A DNA stretch of 64,000 nucleotides, taken from positions 32,001 to 96,000 of the forward strand of contig JANRLD010000013.1 of assembly GCA_033762915.1 (NCBI GenBank), read 5' to 3'. This DNA is from Meiothermus sp. (GTDB lineage: Bacteria; Deinococcota; Deinococci; Deinococcales; Thermaceae). A program made the translations under genes and the position numbers. This document shows positions 20,090 through 30,610 of this stretch, one piece after another. The notes under the pieces were generated by a model. The model ran no database searches, was not told the origin of the DNA, and saw nothing but the letters and a program-made list of their open reading frames with translations. How positions within the stretch are numbered: position 1 is the first letter of the stretch; every line of letters begins with the position of its first letter.

Positions 20090-20153
20090 GGTCCCTGGCC
20101 CCGGCCGCGCGGCCTCTCGAGCATCTCGTCCGGCCGTCCGCTACAATGCCGAT

Positions 20154-20831
20154 ATGCCGAGAATGCTGCGGGCCGGTCTGGCCTTGTACCTGGGGCTTTG
20201 CGCCGCCGTAGGCTGGGCCCAGAACCCCGGAGCCAGCGTGAGCGCCCAACTGATCGCCGCCGCCGAGGCGGGCAACACCCCCAGAGTCCTACAGCTCCTC
20301 GCCGCCGGGGCCGCCGTCAACGCCCAGGACGCCAGGGGCCGCACCGCCGTCCTGGCCGCTACCCACGCCAACAAGCCCGAGACGGTGGCGGCCTTGGTCA
20401 AGGCCGGGGCCGACGTGAACCTGCGCGACAACCGCCTCGACAACCCTTTTTTGTATGCCGGGGCCGAGGGCCTGCTCGAGGTGCTGAAGGCCCTCGAGCC
20501 CGCCAAGCCCAGCACCCGCATCCTCAACCGCTTCGGCGGCACCGCCCTGATCCCGGCCTGCGAGCGGGGGCACGTGGAGGTGGTGCGCTACCTGCTCGAG
20601 CGCACCGACGTGGACGTGAACTACGTCAACAACTTGGGCTGGACGGGGCTGCTCGAGGCTGTCATCCTCAGCGACGGCGGGCCGCGCCACCAGCAGATCG
20701 TTCGGCTGTTGCTGGAGCACGGCGCGAACCCCGGCCTTGCCGACCGGGACGGCGTGACCCCGCTGCAGCACGCCCAGCGGCGCGGCTATAGCGAGATCGC
20801 GCGGCTGCTGCGGGCGGCTGGGGCCAGGTAG
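20154..20831 (+). CDS. Secreted ankyrin repeat protein
   Basis: Signal peptide; GRTA/GGTAL/GWTGL/GVTPL ankyrin repeats; TACAAT 6 nt before ATG. Confidence 0.9.
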   Translation: MPRMLRAGLALYLGLCAAVGWAQNPGASVSAQLIAAAEAGNTPRVLQLLAAGAAVNAQDARGRTAVLAATHANKPETVAALVKAGADVNLRDNRLDNPFLYAGAEGLLEVLKALEPAKPSTRILNRFGGTALIPACERGHVEVVRYLLERTDVDVNYVNNLGWTGLLEAVILSDGGPRHQQIVRLLLEHGANPGLADRDGVTPLQHAQRRGYSEIARLLRAAGAR

Positions 20832-20836
20832 CAGCC

Positions 20837-21175
20837 TCAGCCCCTCTCGAGCCACCCGAGCGCCGCCTCCGCCGAGTTGAAAAAGCGGATCATCGGGTGG
20901 GTGGCGTGCTCGTAGGCCAGCTCGCCGAAGCGCTGGCCGTAGGCGCTGTGGTCGGCCAGCACCAGCGCCACCCTTAGCTTGTAGTTGGTGAACTTCTGGA
21001 ACGCCTCACCCGCCAGCCCGCTGCGCAGGTCGAAGAACTCGGGCGAGAGGTCGGCCTCGGTCAGCAGCAGGCCGTCTGCGCCGTAGGTCGCGCCGATCAC
21101 CTCGAGGATATCGGCAGGCGAGCGGATGGAGATTCTGGCCTCGGCCGCTTGGATGATCGTGCGCTCTGTGCTCAT
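20837..21175 (-). CDS. DUF4180 family protein
   Basis: FFDLRSGLAGEAFQKFTNY motif; start placed at ATG 21175. Confidence 0.88.
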   Translation of the reverse strand: MSTERTIIQAAEARISIRSPADILEVIGATYGADGLLLTEADLSPEFFDLRSGLAGEAFQKFTNYKLRVALVLADHSAYGQRFGELAYEHATHPMIRFFNSAEAALGWLERG

Positions 21176-21200
21176 GGGCTCACCACCCTCGAGTGTAGCA

Positions 21201-21316
21201 GTGTCTCTATAGTGGAATTGCAGCATCCGCACCCGCCGATGGATCGGGCAATTGCGCCCACAAGCCGTTCGCTGCTGGGGCCCTGCTGAAGTCCTGCAAT
21301 CTCGCTAGGGCGCAAC
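21201..21316 (+). repeat. Dispersed repeat family R1, copy B
   Basis: GTGTCTCTATAGT head, GGGCAATTGCGCC core, GGGCGCAACT tail; closely resembles 30013-30130. Confidence 0.65.
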
Positions 21317-21354
21317 TGCGCACCGGGCGGGCTCGAGTCCGGTACAATTCGCCC

Positions 21355-22572
21355 GTGCAAAGCCCGCAACCCGCGCCGCCGCTAGACTCCAGCCTGTTCG
21401 ACCTCGAGGGCCGCCTCTGGCTGGCCCACTGCATGGAAGGCCCCATGACCCGGGCGGCGGGCGAGGCGCTGGCCCAGGTCGTCCGGAAAGAACTCCGCCC
21501 CTGGGAGATGCGCTGGGAGGAGGACTTCCTGGGCGTCCAGGCCCAGCTCCGCCAGGCCTGCGCGGAGCTGTTGAAGGCCGACCCCTCGGACATCAGCCTG
21601 ACGCACTCCACCTCGGCCGGCCTGATCACCGTGGCCAGTGGCTTCCCCTGGAAGCCGGGCGATGAAGTGCTGCTGCCGCTGGGCGAGTTCCCCAGCAACT
21701 TCATGCCCTGGAAGGCCCTGGGGGCCCGTGGCGTGGTCTGCCGCGAGGTGGCGCTGTGGGCCGGCCAGAAGTCCGGCCCCGATGCCCTGCACTCCGCGCC
21801 GCCAGGGGCCTCCGACCCCGACCTTGAGTCGGTGATCTTGGGGGCGATTGGCCCCAAAACCCGGATGGTGGGGCTGTCTTGGGCGCGCTTCCAGGATGGC
21901 ATCAAGCTGGACTTGGAGCGCATCGCAGAGGGTTGCCAGGCCAGGGGGGTGCATCTGGTGGTGGACGGGATTCAGGGCATGGGCACACACACTCCCAGCC
22001 TCAAGGGGGTCAGCGCCTTCGCCAGTGCGGGGCACAAGGGGCTGCTGGGCCCCACCGGGCAGGGGTTCCTCTGGACGCACCCCGACTTCCGCCCGCTGCT
22101 CGCACCCACCGGCACCTGGCTCTCCCGGCCCAGTGCCTTCTCGCAGGGCGGTAACCAGGCCCAAGATCCCGAGCTCTGGGCCGCCGACGGGCGCAGGCTC
22201 GAGCCCGGTGGCGCCTCGGTGCTGGGCTGCGCGGCCCTGAATCAGTCGGTGCGGGTGCTGCTTCAGGCGGATGTCGGGCGCATCGAGAGCCATGTCAGCC
22301 AGCTCCAGACGCTGTTCCTGCAAGCCCTGCGCGAAGACCCCACCTGGGAGCCCGAGGCCAGCCGCTTGCTGGGCCTGCTCGAGGCGAACCGCCTCGGCCC
22401 CACCCTCTGCTTCCACCACGGAGCGCTGGGCCTGGCCCGCCTGGAAAAGCTGGTCGCGCGTGGCCTCGAGTGCCAGATCACCACCAGCATCCGCGAAGGC
22501 TATCTGCGTATCGCCTTCCACGGCTGGCACAGCGCCCAGGACGTGGAGCGGGCGCTCGAGTGGCTGTCGTGA
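21355..22572 (+). CDS. Class V PLP-dependent aminotransferase/cysteine desulfurase-like enzyme
   Basis: HSTSAG, EFPSN, VVDGIQGMG, SAGHKGLLGPTGQG (PLP lysine); TACAAT 6 nt before GTG. Confidence 0.88.
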   Translation: MQSPQPAPPLDSSLFDLEGRLWLAHCMEGPMTRAAGEALAQVVRKELRPWEMRWEEDFLGVQAQLRQACAELLKADPSDISLTHSTSAGLITVASGFPWKPGDEVLLPLGEFPSNFMPWKALGARGVVCREVALWAGQKSGPDALHSAPPGASDPDLESVILGAIGPKTRMVGLSWARFQDGIKLDLERIAEGCQARGVHLVVDGIQGMGTHTPSLKGVSAFASAGHKGLLGPTGQGFLWTHPDFRPLLAPTGTWLSRPSAFSQGGNQAQDPELWAADGRRLEPGGASVLGCAALNQSVRVLLQADVGRIESHVSQLQTLFLQALREDPTWEPEASRLLGLLEANRLGPTLCFHHGALGLARLEKLVARGLECQITTSIREGYLRIAFHGWHSAQDVERALEWLS

Positions 22573-23168
22573 ACAAGGGTGCTGCACTGCGAAAGAACCT
22601 TAAGCCGTGGGCGCTCGAGCTGGTTCAGTTGTTGCGCCACGAGTTTCGCGCCCTGGTCGCCGGACTCTCGCCCCAGCAGCGCCAGGAGAAGGGTCAGATG
22701 GATCGGTGGTCGCCCAAGGACGAGCTGGCCCACCTGGCGTACTGGCTCGAGGTCTTCGTGGCCAACATCCGCTTCAGGCGGGAGGGAAAGCCCCTGACCG
22801 ATGTTCGCGACTACCTGGCCATGAACGATGCCGCCTGGGAGGCCCGCCAGGACTGGGGCCTCGAGCAGACCGAGGCGGCTGTGAGGAAGGTGCTGACCGA
22901 CCTTGAGGAAGAACTCGAGCGATTTACCCCCGAAGAGCTGACCAACCCCGACCGGTTCACGCTCGAGTTTCCCCGCCCCTTCGTCCGCAGCCTGCTCTAC
23001 GAGTTGGTCGACCACCCCGTGCATCACTTCGCCGGGCTGTACCGCAAACTGGGCAAGGGGGCGGAGGTTGGGCCGATGCTGCGAAGGCTGTTGGAGGTGC
23101 TGGGCCGACGCGGGGCGGCCGGGTGGAGCGCAACTACCCGCAGAAAGATCCAGCGCCACGCCCCGTAG
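22569..23168 (+). CDS. DinB-like four-helix-bundle protein
   Basis: WSPKDELAHLAYW and DHPVHH motifs; GTG overlaps the upstream stop. Confidence 0.75.
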   Translation: MNKGAALRKNLKPWALELVQLLRHEFRALVAGLSPQQRQEKGQMDRWSPKDELAHLAYWLEVFVANIRFRREGKPLTDVRDYLAMNDAAWEARQDWGLEQTEAAVRKVLTDLEEELERFTPEELTNPDRFTLEFPRPFVRSLLYELVDHPVHHFAGLYRKLGKGAEVGPMLRRLLEVLGRRGAAGWSATTRRKIQRHAP

Positions 23169-23211
23169 CCGTCCCTTCCGCCGGCCCCCCGTCGCACTCT
23201 ATGATGTCGGC

Positions 23212-24717
23212 GTGCAGCGCCTCGGGATTGTGGACTTGGGTTCGGGAACCAGCCGGTTGGTGGTCTACACCTTCGACCCCGGCAAGCAGTTCCGCCTGAT
23301 TGACGAGATTCGGGAGACCGTGCGGCTGGGCGAGGGGCTGGCCCAGAACAACCGGCTGACCGCGGCGGGGATGCAGCGCGCCCTCTCGGCGCTCAAGATG
23401 TACGCCGACTTTGCCGAGGCCACCGACCTCGACGAGATGCGCGTCATCGCTACTAGCGCCAGCCGCGACGCCGAGAACGGCCCGGAGTTCATGGCCCAGG
23501 TTCGGAAGCTGGGCCTCAATGTGCGGGTGCTCTCCGGCGAGGACGAGGCGAGATTCGGGGTGCTGGCGGTGGCCAACGGCCTGCCCTTTGAGGACGCCTG
23601 GGTGATGGATCTGGGGGGCGGCAGCGCCCAGCTCTCCAGGATGCAGGAGCGGCGCTACAAGTTCGGCCAGGCCTACCCGCTGGGGGCGGTGCGCCTCAGC
23701 GAGATGTTCTTAAGATCCGACCCGCCCAAGAAGGGCGAGGTCGAAGACCTCGAGCGCTTCGCCCGCAAGGAGATGAAAGAGGTGCTGGGCCAGATGCGCG
23801 ACAAGCGGCTGCCCCTGGTGGCGATGGGGGGCACCGTGCGCAACCTGGCCAAGCTGGTGCGCAAGCGGAAAAAGTACCCTTTGGACATCATCCACGGCTT
23901 CTACCTGAGGCGCGAAGACCTCGAGGACTTGGTGGATGAGATGGTTAAGTCGAGTACCGCCCAGCGTAAAGACCTCGAGGGCATGAACCCTGACCGCGCC
24001 GATGTGATCGCGGCCGGAGCCTTGGTGTATCGGACCGTGCTCAAGGAGAGCGACAGCGACGGGCTGTGGATATCGGGCCAGGGGGTGAGGGAAGGGGCCT
24101 TCTATCAGGAGTTTCTGCCCGCGCCGCACCTCATAGAGAATGTGCGCGGCTTCAGCGTGCAGAACCTCTTCGCCCGCTACCCCCAAGACCGCGCCCACAC
24201 CGCTCGAGTGCGCAAGTTCTGCCGGCAGATCTTCCGGGCCCTGGAGCCGGTCCACGGCTACGGCAGGGCCGAGGAGCAATTGCTCGACGAGGCCGCGACC
24301 CTGCACGACATCGGCATGAGCATAGACTATTTCGACCATCACGAGCACGGCGAGTATCTGGTGATGTGCAGCGCCATACCCGGCCTGACCCACCGCGAGC
24401 AGGCGCTGCTGGGCCTGCTGGTGCGCTACCACCGCAAGGGGGAGCCCAAGTTTGGCGCGTATAAAGATCTGTTTGACGACCGTGACGCCAAGCTGCTGCT
24501 GCGCCTGACCAGCATCCTGCGCATGACCGAGTACCTCGAGCGCGCGCGGGCCGGGCGGGTCACCGGGCTGAGCATTGGGCTCGAGCCCAGGGCGGTGCGG
24601 ATCGGCCTCGAGGCGGCTGAGGAGCCCTGGGTCGAGCTGACCGAGACCGCCAAACAGGCCCGGCTGTTCCAGCAGGCCTTCGGGCGGGAACTGGTGCTGG
24701 AGTGGGCGGGGGTTTGA
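23212..24717 (+). CDS. ppx: Exopolyphosphatase / pppGpp phosphohydrolase (Ppx/GppA)
   Basis: IVDLGSGT, ATSASRDAENG, DLGGGS, GVREG and HD motif LHDIG; TATGAT 6 nt before GTG. Confidence 0.92.
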   Translation: MQRLGIVDLGSGTSRLVVYTFDPGKQFRLIDEIRETVRLGEGLAQNNRLTAAGMQRALSALKMYADFAEATDLDEMRVIATSASRDAENGPEFMAQVRKLGLNVRVLSGEDEARFGVLAVANGLPFEDAWVMDLGGGSAQLSRMQERRYKFGQAYPLGAVRLSEMFLRSDPPKKGEVEDLERFARKEMKEVLGQMRDKRLPLVAMGGTVRNLAKLVRKRKKYPLDIIHGFYLRREDLEDLVDEMVKSSTAQRKDLEGMNPDRADVIAAGALVYRTVLKESDSDGLWISGQGVREGAFYQEFLPAPHLIENVRGFSVQNLFARYPQDRAHTARVRKFCRQIFRALEPVHGYGRAEEQLLDEAATLHDIGMSIDYFDHHEHGEYLVMCSAIPGLTHREQALLGLLVRYHRKGEPKFGAYKDLFDDRDAKLLLRLTSILRMTEYLERARAGRVTGLSIGLEPRAVRIGLEAAEEPWVELTETAKQARLFQQAFGRELVLEWAGV

Positions 24718-24748
24718 GGCGGCAGAAAGTGCAACCTGGCCTCAGGCC

Positions 24749-25075
24749 TCAGGCGTCCGAGCGCAGATGTGCATGGACGTGAAAGACCTCCTGTCCGCCC
24801 TTCTCGCCCACGTGGATGCGGATGAAGTAGCCCTCGAGGCCCATCTGTGCGGCGATCTTGTTGGCGGTGAGCATCAGTCGGCCCAGCTTTACCGCGCCCT
24901 CCTCGGTCTGGGGGTAGTCGGAGAGCCTGGGGATGTACTCCTTGGGGATGACCAGGATGTGTACCTTGGACTTGGGGGCGATGTCGTGGAAGGCCAGGAA
25001 GTCCTCGTCCTCGTAGACGACCCTGGCCGGAATCTCTCTGCGGATGATCTTGCCGAAGATGGTGGGGTTGTCCAT
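24749..25075 (-). CDS. HIT family nucleotide-binding protein
   Basis: TIFGKIIRREIPA and GGQEVFHVHAH histidine triad. Confidence 0.93.
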   Translation of the reverse strand: MDNPTIFGKIIRREIPARVVYEDEDFLAFHDIAPKSKVHILVIPKEYIPRLSDYPQTEEGAVKLGRLMLTANKIAAQMGLEGYFIRIHVGEKGGQEVFHVHAHLRSDA

Positions 25076-25165
25076 GCGCCGTAGTTTACCGTGCTCGGCG
25101 GATTGTTTTTGGCGGCCTGCGGGCCGCGAAGGCGCGTGGCTGCCGCAAGCCTGATACGCCCCCAC

Positions 25166-25245
25166 AGCGCTCCCCGCGAATACCCCGCCCGCTTGAGCGC
25201 CCGCTTTAGCGCCTCACTGCGTGAGGTTTAAAGGCGGGAACCGCG
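25166..25245. repeat. Hairpin-containing MITE-like family R2, copy 2
   Basis: Ends AGCGCTCCCCGCG ... GGCGGGAACCGCG; internal CGCCCGCTTTAGCGCC shared with the 48769 copy; abuts the permease stop. Confidence 0.6.
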
Positions 25246-25246
25246 G

Positions 25247-26110
25247 TCAGAAGTCCCGGCGCTGGAAGACCAGCACCGCGAGCGCCAGTGTAACCAGGAT
25301 ATAGACGCCCACGAAGACCAGATACCCGGCGGTCAGCGGCTCGGTGCCCACGAAGGGGTTGCCCCTGGCGGCCTCCTGAGTGCGCAGCAGCACCTCGGGC
25401 TGGAGGTAGACCGAGGCCCCGCGCCAGAGCTGGTCGGAGGGCACGACGTAGGTGGTGAGCTGGCCGAAGCGCTCGAGGTTGGGCGAGCCCGTCAGGGCCC
25501 CTACGCTCGAGAGAATCCCCCCCACCCAGCCCAGCCCATAGGTCATGAACATGACCACCCCGGTGGTCAGGGTGGACAACAGGCTGCTGCCCAGCACGGT
25601 CAGGGTCAGCAGGAAGAGGGCGTTGAGCATCATCAGCCCAACGGCCCGCAGGGGGTCGGGTGGGGCGTAGCCGGTCATCAGGGCGGTGCCGTAGACCAGC
25701 GCCAGGGCCAGCAGGGCCAGGTAGGGCAGGGCAAAGCTGAGGTGGCCCAGCCACTTGCCCAGCACGAACTCCCAGCGCCGGATCGGCTTGGGCAGCAGCG
25801 ACTGAATGGTGCCGGAGTCCACCTCCCCGCTGACGCTGGCGATGGTGGTGAAGACCGCCATCAGTCCGCCCAGGAAGTTGACGATGTACATCCCCATCAG
25901 AACCAGAATCGCGTTCGGGATTAAGAGCTGCTGGCCCGACAGCTCGCGCCCCAGCGCCTCGGAGCGGCGGCGGAAGCTGTCCAGCAGGAACTCCACCCCC
26001 ATGAAGTAGAAGGCCAGGAACAGCACCGTCAGCAGCCCGATGGCCCAGATCAGGCGGCGCCCGGCGGCCTCGAGCCAGGTGAACTTGGCGATTAGCAGGA
26101 CGTTCCTCAC
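25247..26110 (-). CDS. ABC-2 type transporter permease
   Basis: Multi-TM protein, SGEVDSGTIQSLLPKPIRR motif, C-terminal FQRRDF. Confidence 0.9.
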   Translation of the reverse strand: MRNVLLIAKFTWLEAAGRRLIWAIGLLTVLFLAFYFMGVEFLLDSFRRRSEALGRELSGQQLLIPNAILVLMGMYIVNFLGGLMAVFTTIASVSGEVDSGTIQSLLPKPIRRWEFVLGKWLGHLSFALPYLALLALALVYGTALMTGYAPPDPLRAVGLMMLNALFLLTLTVLGSSLLSTLTTGVVMFMTYGLGWVGGILSSVGALTGSPNLERFGQLTTYVVPSDQLWRGASVYLQPEVLLRTQEAARGNPFVGTEPLTAGYLVFVGVYILVTLALAVLVFQRRDF

Positions 26111-27009
26111 GACTCCACCAGTTGCACAAACAACTCCTCGAGGCTCTTCCGCCTCGGGCTGAGGGCATAGAGCTTGGCCCCCGACCCCACCGCCGCCTCG
26201 GCCACTGCCGGTATGCGATCCTCGGACTCCACCTCGAGCAGCACGCTCTGCCCGTCCTCCTGGGTCAGTCTCGCCAGTGGGGCCAGGGCCGCCCTCAGGC
26301 CGGGGGTCACGGCGTCCACCCGCAGCTCGACCTCCAGGCGCTCCCGGAGCAACTCGTCCATCCGCCCGCTACGGATCACCCGGCCCTTGTTGACGAAGGC
26401 CACCCGGTCGCAGGTCATCTCCACCTCGGAGAGCAGGTGCGAGTTCAGGAAGACGGTGGTGCCCTGGCCCTTGAGAATCCCGATGATCTCGCGCACCTCG
26501 CGCCGCCCGATGGGGTCGAGGGCCGAGGTCGGCTCGTCGAGGAAGACCAGCTCGGGCCGGTTCAGGATGGCCTGGGCCAGCCCGACACGCTGCTGCATCC
26601 CCTTGGAGTAGCCCTTGATCCGCTCGCCCTCGCGGCCCGTGAGCCCCACCAGCTCGAGCACCTCCGGTATGCGCCGGCCGATCTGCTCCTCGCTCATCCC
26701 ATAGAGCTGGCCGTGGAAGCGCAAGAACTGCCGCCCGGTCATCCAGTCGTGGAAGCGGAAAAGTTCGGGCAGGAAGCCCACGCAGCGCTTGGCCTCGAGG
26801 CTGTCCAGGGGCTGCCCCAGCACCCTCGCCTGGCCCGAGGTGGGGTGGGTCAGGCCCAGCAGCATCTTAACAGTGGTACTCTTGCCCGCCCCGTTGGGGC
26901 CCAAAAAGCCGAAGACCTCGCCCTGGGCCACCTCGAGGCTCAGGTCATCCACGGCGGGCCGGCCCCGAAAAACTTTGCGCAGGTTGCGGGTCTCTATCGC
27001 CAGCCTCAT
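26107..27009 (-). CDS. ABC transporter ATP-binding protein
   Basis: GPNGAGKST, YSKGMQQR, FLDEPT and SHLL motifs; start at ATG 27009 with TAGAGT 7 nt upstream. Confidence 0.93.
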   Translation of the reverse strand: MRLAIETRNLRKVFRGRPAVDDLSLEVAQGEVFGFLGPNGAGKSTTVKMLLGLTHPTSGQARVLGQPLDSLEAKRCVGFLPELFRFHDWMTGRQFLRFHGQLYGMSEEQIGRRIPEVLELVGLTGREGERIKGYSKGMQQRVGLAQAILNRPELVFLDEPTSALDPIGRREVREIIGILKGQGTTVFLNSHLLSEVEMTCDRVAFVNKGRVIRSGRMDELLRERLEVELRVDAVTPGLRAALAPLARLTQEDGQSVLLEVESEDRIPAVAEAAVGSGAKLYALSPRRKSLEELFVQLVES

Positions 27010-27174
27010 TGCCCCCACTCTAGGGCTTTGCCAGTCCCGCATTGTGGGGCGCGGCGCAAAGGGAGTCCGGCCTGTGGGCCAACCGAGCGGCGGCGGAGGC
27101 CGGAGGATGAGCGGGGCCATCCGCTGCTTTTGGTCCGTGTTGGGATCAGCCGTCAGCCCGGGTGGGCAGATATC

Positions 27175-27265
27175 GAGCGGTTCCCACGCATACTCCCTAC
27201 AGCGGTTTTTGCTGTAGGGAGTACATTGCCTGCCGCCAAGAGGGGGGTAATGGCGGGAAACCCGA
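27175..27265. repeat. Hairpin-containing MITE-like family R2, copy 3
   Basis: GAGCGGTTCCCACG ... GGCGGGAAACCCGA; left hairpin matches 16957-16995, right half matches the inverse of 48769-48812. Confidence 0.72.
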
Positions 27266-27463
27266 TCAGTCGCGCGAGAAGCATTTCAGCCAAACTCGAA
27301 CGGCTAGTCGAGGTCGCTTATGCTTGGCGGCTTACCCTCGTAACGGGCCAATGTTCGTAATTCGCTCTGCTTCTGGGGATTTTTGCCTACGCTAGGGCGT
27401 GTTGAGTTTCATCCAAATCCTTGAGTCCCCGGTCGGGGTGACACGGACGGAAAGCTCGAGATT

Positions 27464-29608
27464 ATGCCGCAAACGATCTGCCTGCAAAGGCTGCTGTCCC
27501 TCAGTCTAGGCCTAGCCGTTTTGTCTGCCTGCGGAAGTCCAGCAGCGGTGCCAGGCCTTCGTATCACTCCCGCCAGCCAAGTGCTATCGGCGGGCGGGGC
27601 TGCGGTAGCCCTCGAGGCTGTCGTGACCAACAGCAACGCCCCGGTACGATGGGCCATCAGCCCCAACCTGGGTAGCTTGGATACCACTAATGGAAAGGTT
27701 GTGCGCTACATCCCCCCGGTCAGCGTGACCAAGAACGAGTCCGTTGTCGTTATGGCCACCCTCGAGGGCACCGGTGTTCAGGCCAGAGACACCCTTACCA
27801 TCCAGCCCGCGACCGGCCAGACCATAGTGCTCAACCCCATCAGCCTAAGTCTGAACGCTGGGGACCCTGTCGTCAGCTTCGGGGTCGGCGGGTTCGTTGG
27901 CACCCTCAGATGTACCTTGCGACCCGTTGTAGGCAGTTGCGCGGTGAAGGGTGCTTGGGTGGAATACGCTCCACCCGCTCAGCTCGAGGCAGCGGCCGAC
28001 GTAAGCTTATCGGTAGGCCTCGAGGGGGGTAGCGTCACGGCCACGGCCCGCGTTACCGTCAGGCCCCGCCCGGTGCTTCAGCCCAGCATCCGGCTCAGCC
28101 AGACCAACCTCAGCACCACCTACGGCGCGGCCCCGACCCGCCTCGAGGCGATCGCCAACACTGGCGGAACGGTCACTTGGGCCCTTTTGCCCGAGGTAGG
28201 CAGCTTAAGTACGACCACCGGCAACGCCGTGATCTATACGCCGCCTACCTTTGTTGGGGATGCGACCACCGTTATCCTCACCGCAAGCCTGAGTGGAACA
28301 TCTGCCCAGAGCATAAGTATTATCAGCCTGAAACCCCCCAGCAGCCAAACCCTTAACTGCATTACGGTTGATCCCTCGGACAACTCGTCGATCGTAGGCT
28401 ATGCCGATCGGGTCTCCTATCTGCCGGGTCAGACTGCCGAGTTCAAGTTGAGCGTTCCAGGGGGCCGCAGCTTTGATATGGCGGTTTTCCGCGACGCCCA
28501 TCAGTCGGAGCTGATGTATTTCCAAGGTAACCTCCAGGGGCAGTTGCAGCCTATGCCCGCCACTCGTCCGTACCAGCAAGACTTAGGCTGGAACACTTCG
28601 GCCAGCTTGGTTGTTCCGAACACTTGGCGCAGTGGTCTCTACCGGGCTAGGTTCATAGACTTTGCCCACCGAACCTGCTACCACGTGGTTTTTGCGGTTA
28701 AGAATTCCTCGAGCACCAGACCACTCATCGCAGTTCTGGCCAACACCTTCACCTGGCAGGCCTACAACGACTGGGGCGGTGCGTCGCTGTATAGCTGTGC
28801 GGCGGGCACTTGCGACGGTCGAGCCCTCGCAACCCTTCTGTCACTGCGGCGGCCAAATCGTGGGGTCTTCAACCCCAACTTGAGCAGCGGAACCCGAGTG
28901 GTTTTGGAGTGGCTTGAGCAGCAGGGGTACGCCTACGATCTGGTTACAGACAATGACCTAGATAGCGATCCGACTGTTCTAGACGGGTACCGGATTCTGG
29001 TCTTGCCTCGACATAGTGAGTACTGGAGCGCTAACATGCGGAATCGTCTGGATGTGTTCTTGGCTCGAGGGGGCTACTTGGTCAGCCTCGGCGGGAACCA
29101 AATTTACTGGAAAGCTGTGGTCAGGGAGGGTCAAATTGAGGTCAAAAAACTTGCCGCTGACCGCAAGCACACCCTGGCTAACGAACTCGGCGGACTCTGG
29201 CGCGATTTGAACCTACCGGAGGCGGCAGTGCTCGGCAACCGCTTTACTGCCACCGGCATGGGTTCAGCCAACTTGGCCCCTTACCAGGTGGTGAGCCCCG
29301 ATCACTGGGTGCTTGCGGGGACGGGGCTTCAAGCGGGCCAGAGCTTCGGCGCCGAATGTTCGGGCTGGGAGACCGACAAGCTAGACCCAGCCAATAGCCC
29401 GGCCAACGCAGAGCTGATCGCGCGGGGAAGCAACACCGACCCCGTCCGACACGGCCAGGCGGGGGCGGATATGGTGTACCATGCCCGGCCGGAGGGAGGG
29501 GCGGTGTTCGCGGTAGGTTCACTGGCCTTCTTTAGCGACGCTTGTCGCAACGACCCGATCATCACCCGAATAACCCGCAATGTGTTTGAACGGTTCCTGG
29601 GGCGGTAG
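27464..29608 (+). CDS. Lipoprotein with Ig-like repeats and a dimethylformamidase beta-subunit-like (DUF6605-like) domain, paralog 1
   Basis: Lipobox LSAC; three Ig-like units ending in Y.PP; TWQAYNDWGGASLY, RHSEYW, GGNQIYW and GWETD motifs. Confidence 0.82.
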   Translation: MPQTICLQRLLSLSLGLAVLSACGSPAAVPGLRITPASQVLSAGGAAVALEAVVTNSNAPVRWAISPNLGSLDTTNGKVVRYIPPVSVTKNESVVVMATLEGTGVQARDTLTIQPATGQTIVLNPISLSLNAGDPVVSFGVGGFVGTLRCTLRPVVGSCAVKGAWVEYAPPAQLEAAADVSLSVGLEGGSVTATARVTVRPRPVLQPSIRLSQTNLSTTYGAAPTRLEAIANTGGTVTWALLPEVGSLSTTTGNAVIYTPPTFVGDATTVILTASLSGTSAQSISIISLKPPSSQTLNCITVDPSDNSSIVGYADRVSYLPGQTAEFKLSVPGGRSFDMAVFRDAHQSELMYFQGNLQGQLQPMPATRPYQQDLGWNTSASLVVPNTWRSGLYRARFIDFAHRTCYHVVFAVKNSSSTRPLIAVLANTFTWQAYNDWGGASLYSCAAGTCDGRALATLLSLRRPNRGVFNPNLSSGTRVVLEWLEQQGYAYDLVTDNDLDSDPTVLDGYRILVLPRHSEYWSANMRNRLDVFLARGGYLVSLGGNQIYWKAVVREGQIEVKKLAADRKHTLANELGGLWRDLNLPEAAVLGNRFTATGMGSANLAPYQVVSPDHWVLAGTGLQAGQSFGAECSGWETDKLDPANSPANAELIARGSNTDPVRHGQAGADMVYHARPEGGAVFAVGSLAFFSDACRNDPIITRITRNVFERFLGR

Positions 29609-29675
29609 TAGTCGGCTATTATGCGACAGATCAGAAGACGATCGATCTCCGCAGGAAGTATGTCCAGGCAGTTGA

Positions 29676-29827
29676 TAAGTTGCGCCAAGGTAGAAGTGCG
29701 GAATCGGCGGAAGCGGGAAATACGTGCCAGGGCGGAGTGGCGTGCGCCATAGCCGCGGAGCGGCTACCCGAGGCACAATTCCCTGCGGGAGTTGGCGGGC
29801 GGCATGTAGCTTTCCAATTATGGATAC
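29676..29827 (-). repeat. Dispersed repeat family R1, copy E (with ~42-bp internal insert)
   Basis: Reverse strand reads GTATCCATAATTGG..CAGGGAATTGTGCC..GGCGCAACTTA; 29737-29801 is 59/65 identical (inverted) to 42335-42399. Confidence 0.75.
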
Positions 29828-30012
29828 CTTTAGCCAGCGGTTCGGCAACACCGGGTTTTCGTGGGAGCCGCTCCCGGGGCCGAAATCCTTGCTCTGGCGC
29901 GCTTGAACGATCGGTACAACCTGAATCGAATCGTGAAATCTCGCAATCGTGTGATCAACGCGCTAGTTTGGGCGCAGTTCGTCCGAAAAGCTACTCTCGT
30001 CTGCCCGCCCAA

Positions 30013-30130
30013 GTATCGCAATAGTTGAGATGCGAAATGCCGCCCGGCAGCCCGTTAGGGAATTGCGCCGGCAAGCTGCTCGCTGCCGAGGTCGCGTGGA
30101 GAGTTTCGCAAACGCACTATGGCGCAACTT
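30013..30130 (+). repeat. Dispersed repeat family R1, copy C
   Basis: GTATCGCAATAGTTG head, AGGGAATTGCGCC core, ATGGCGCAACTT tail. Confidence 0.7.
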
Positions 30131-30610
30131 AGTCCGTCGCTAAACCGCTAGATTGACCCAGCTTCCAGCGGGTTTGTAACGGGCGTGACGCAGCCAAGCT
30201 GCATGATAGGGCTACCTGCCGATAGTAGAGACCTTGACGTCCGTTAAGGCGTTGTAGATAGGTTTTGCGGGGCTTACGGGTGCCGCTAAAGGCGCTTGGG
30301 GACGCGGGGCCTGACTCGGGCGTTCGGACACTCCATCGGGTCAAATGTACCGGATAGTAGCCAAATTTCCCCTGATGAGGGACGCGGCGTAGGCTGCACC
30401 GCCGCTCTCGAGAGTCCTTGAGGGTCTTGTGGTACTACCCGAATTGGGTTTATGCCAAGACCCTTTGGTTTACGCTGGGGATAACGAAAACACGCCCCCG
30501 AAACACTTTATCGCCGCTTGGTTTTGCCCTACCCTGCCTGTGTGGGGCCTCGAGCCCTTTCGCGTGCCCGCCCTTACGACCTGCTGACTATGAATGGGAA
30601 GCGTGAGCCG

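Noticed and set aside
27392..27406. CTAGGGCGTGTTGAG resembling an IS5-family end
   Set aside because: No matching second end or transposase was found.
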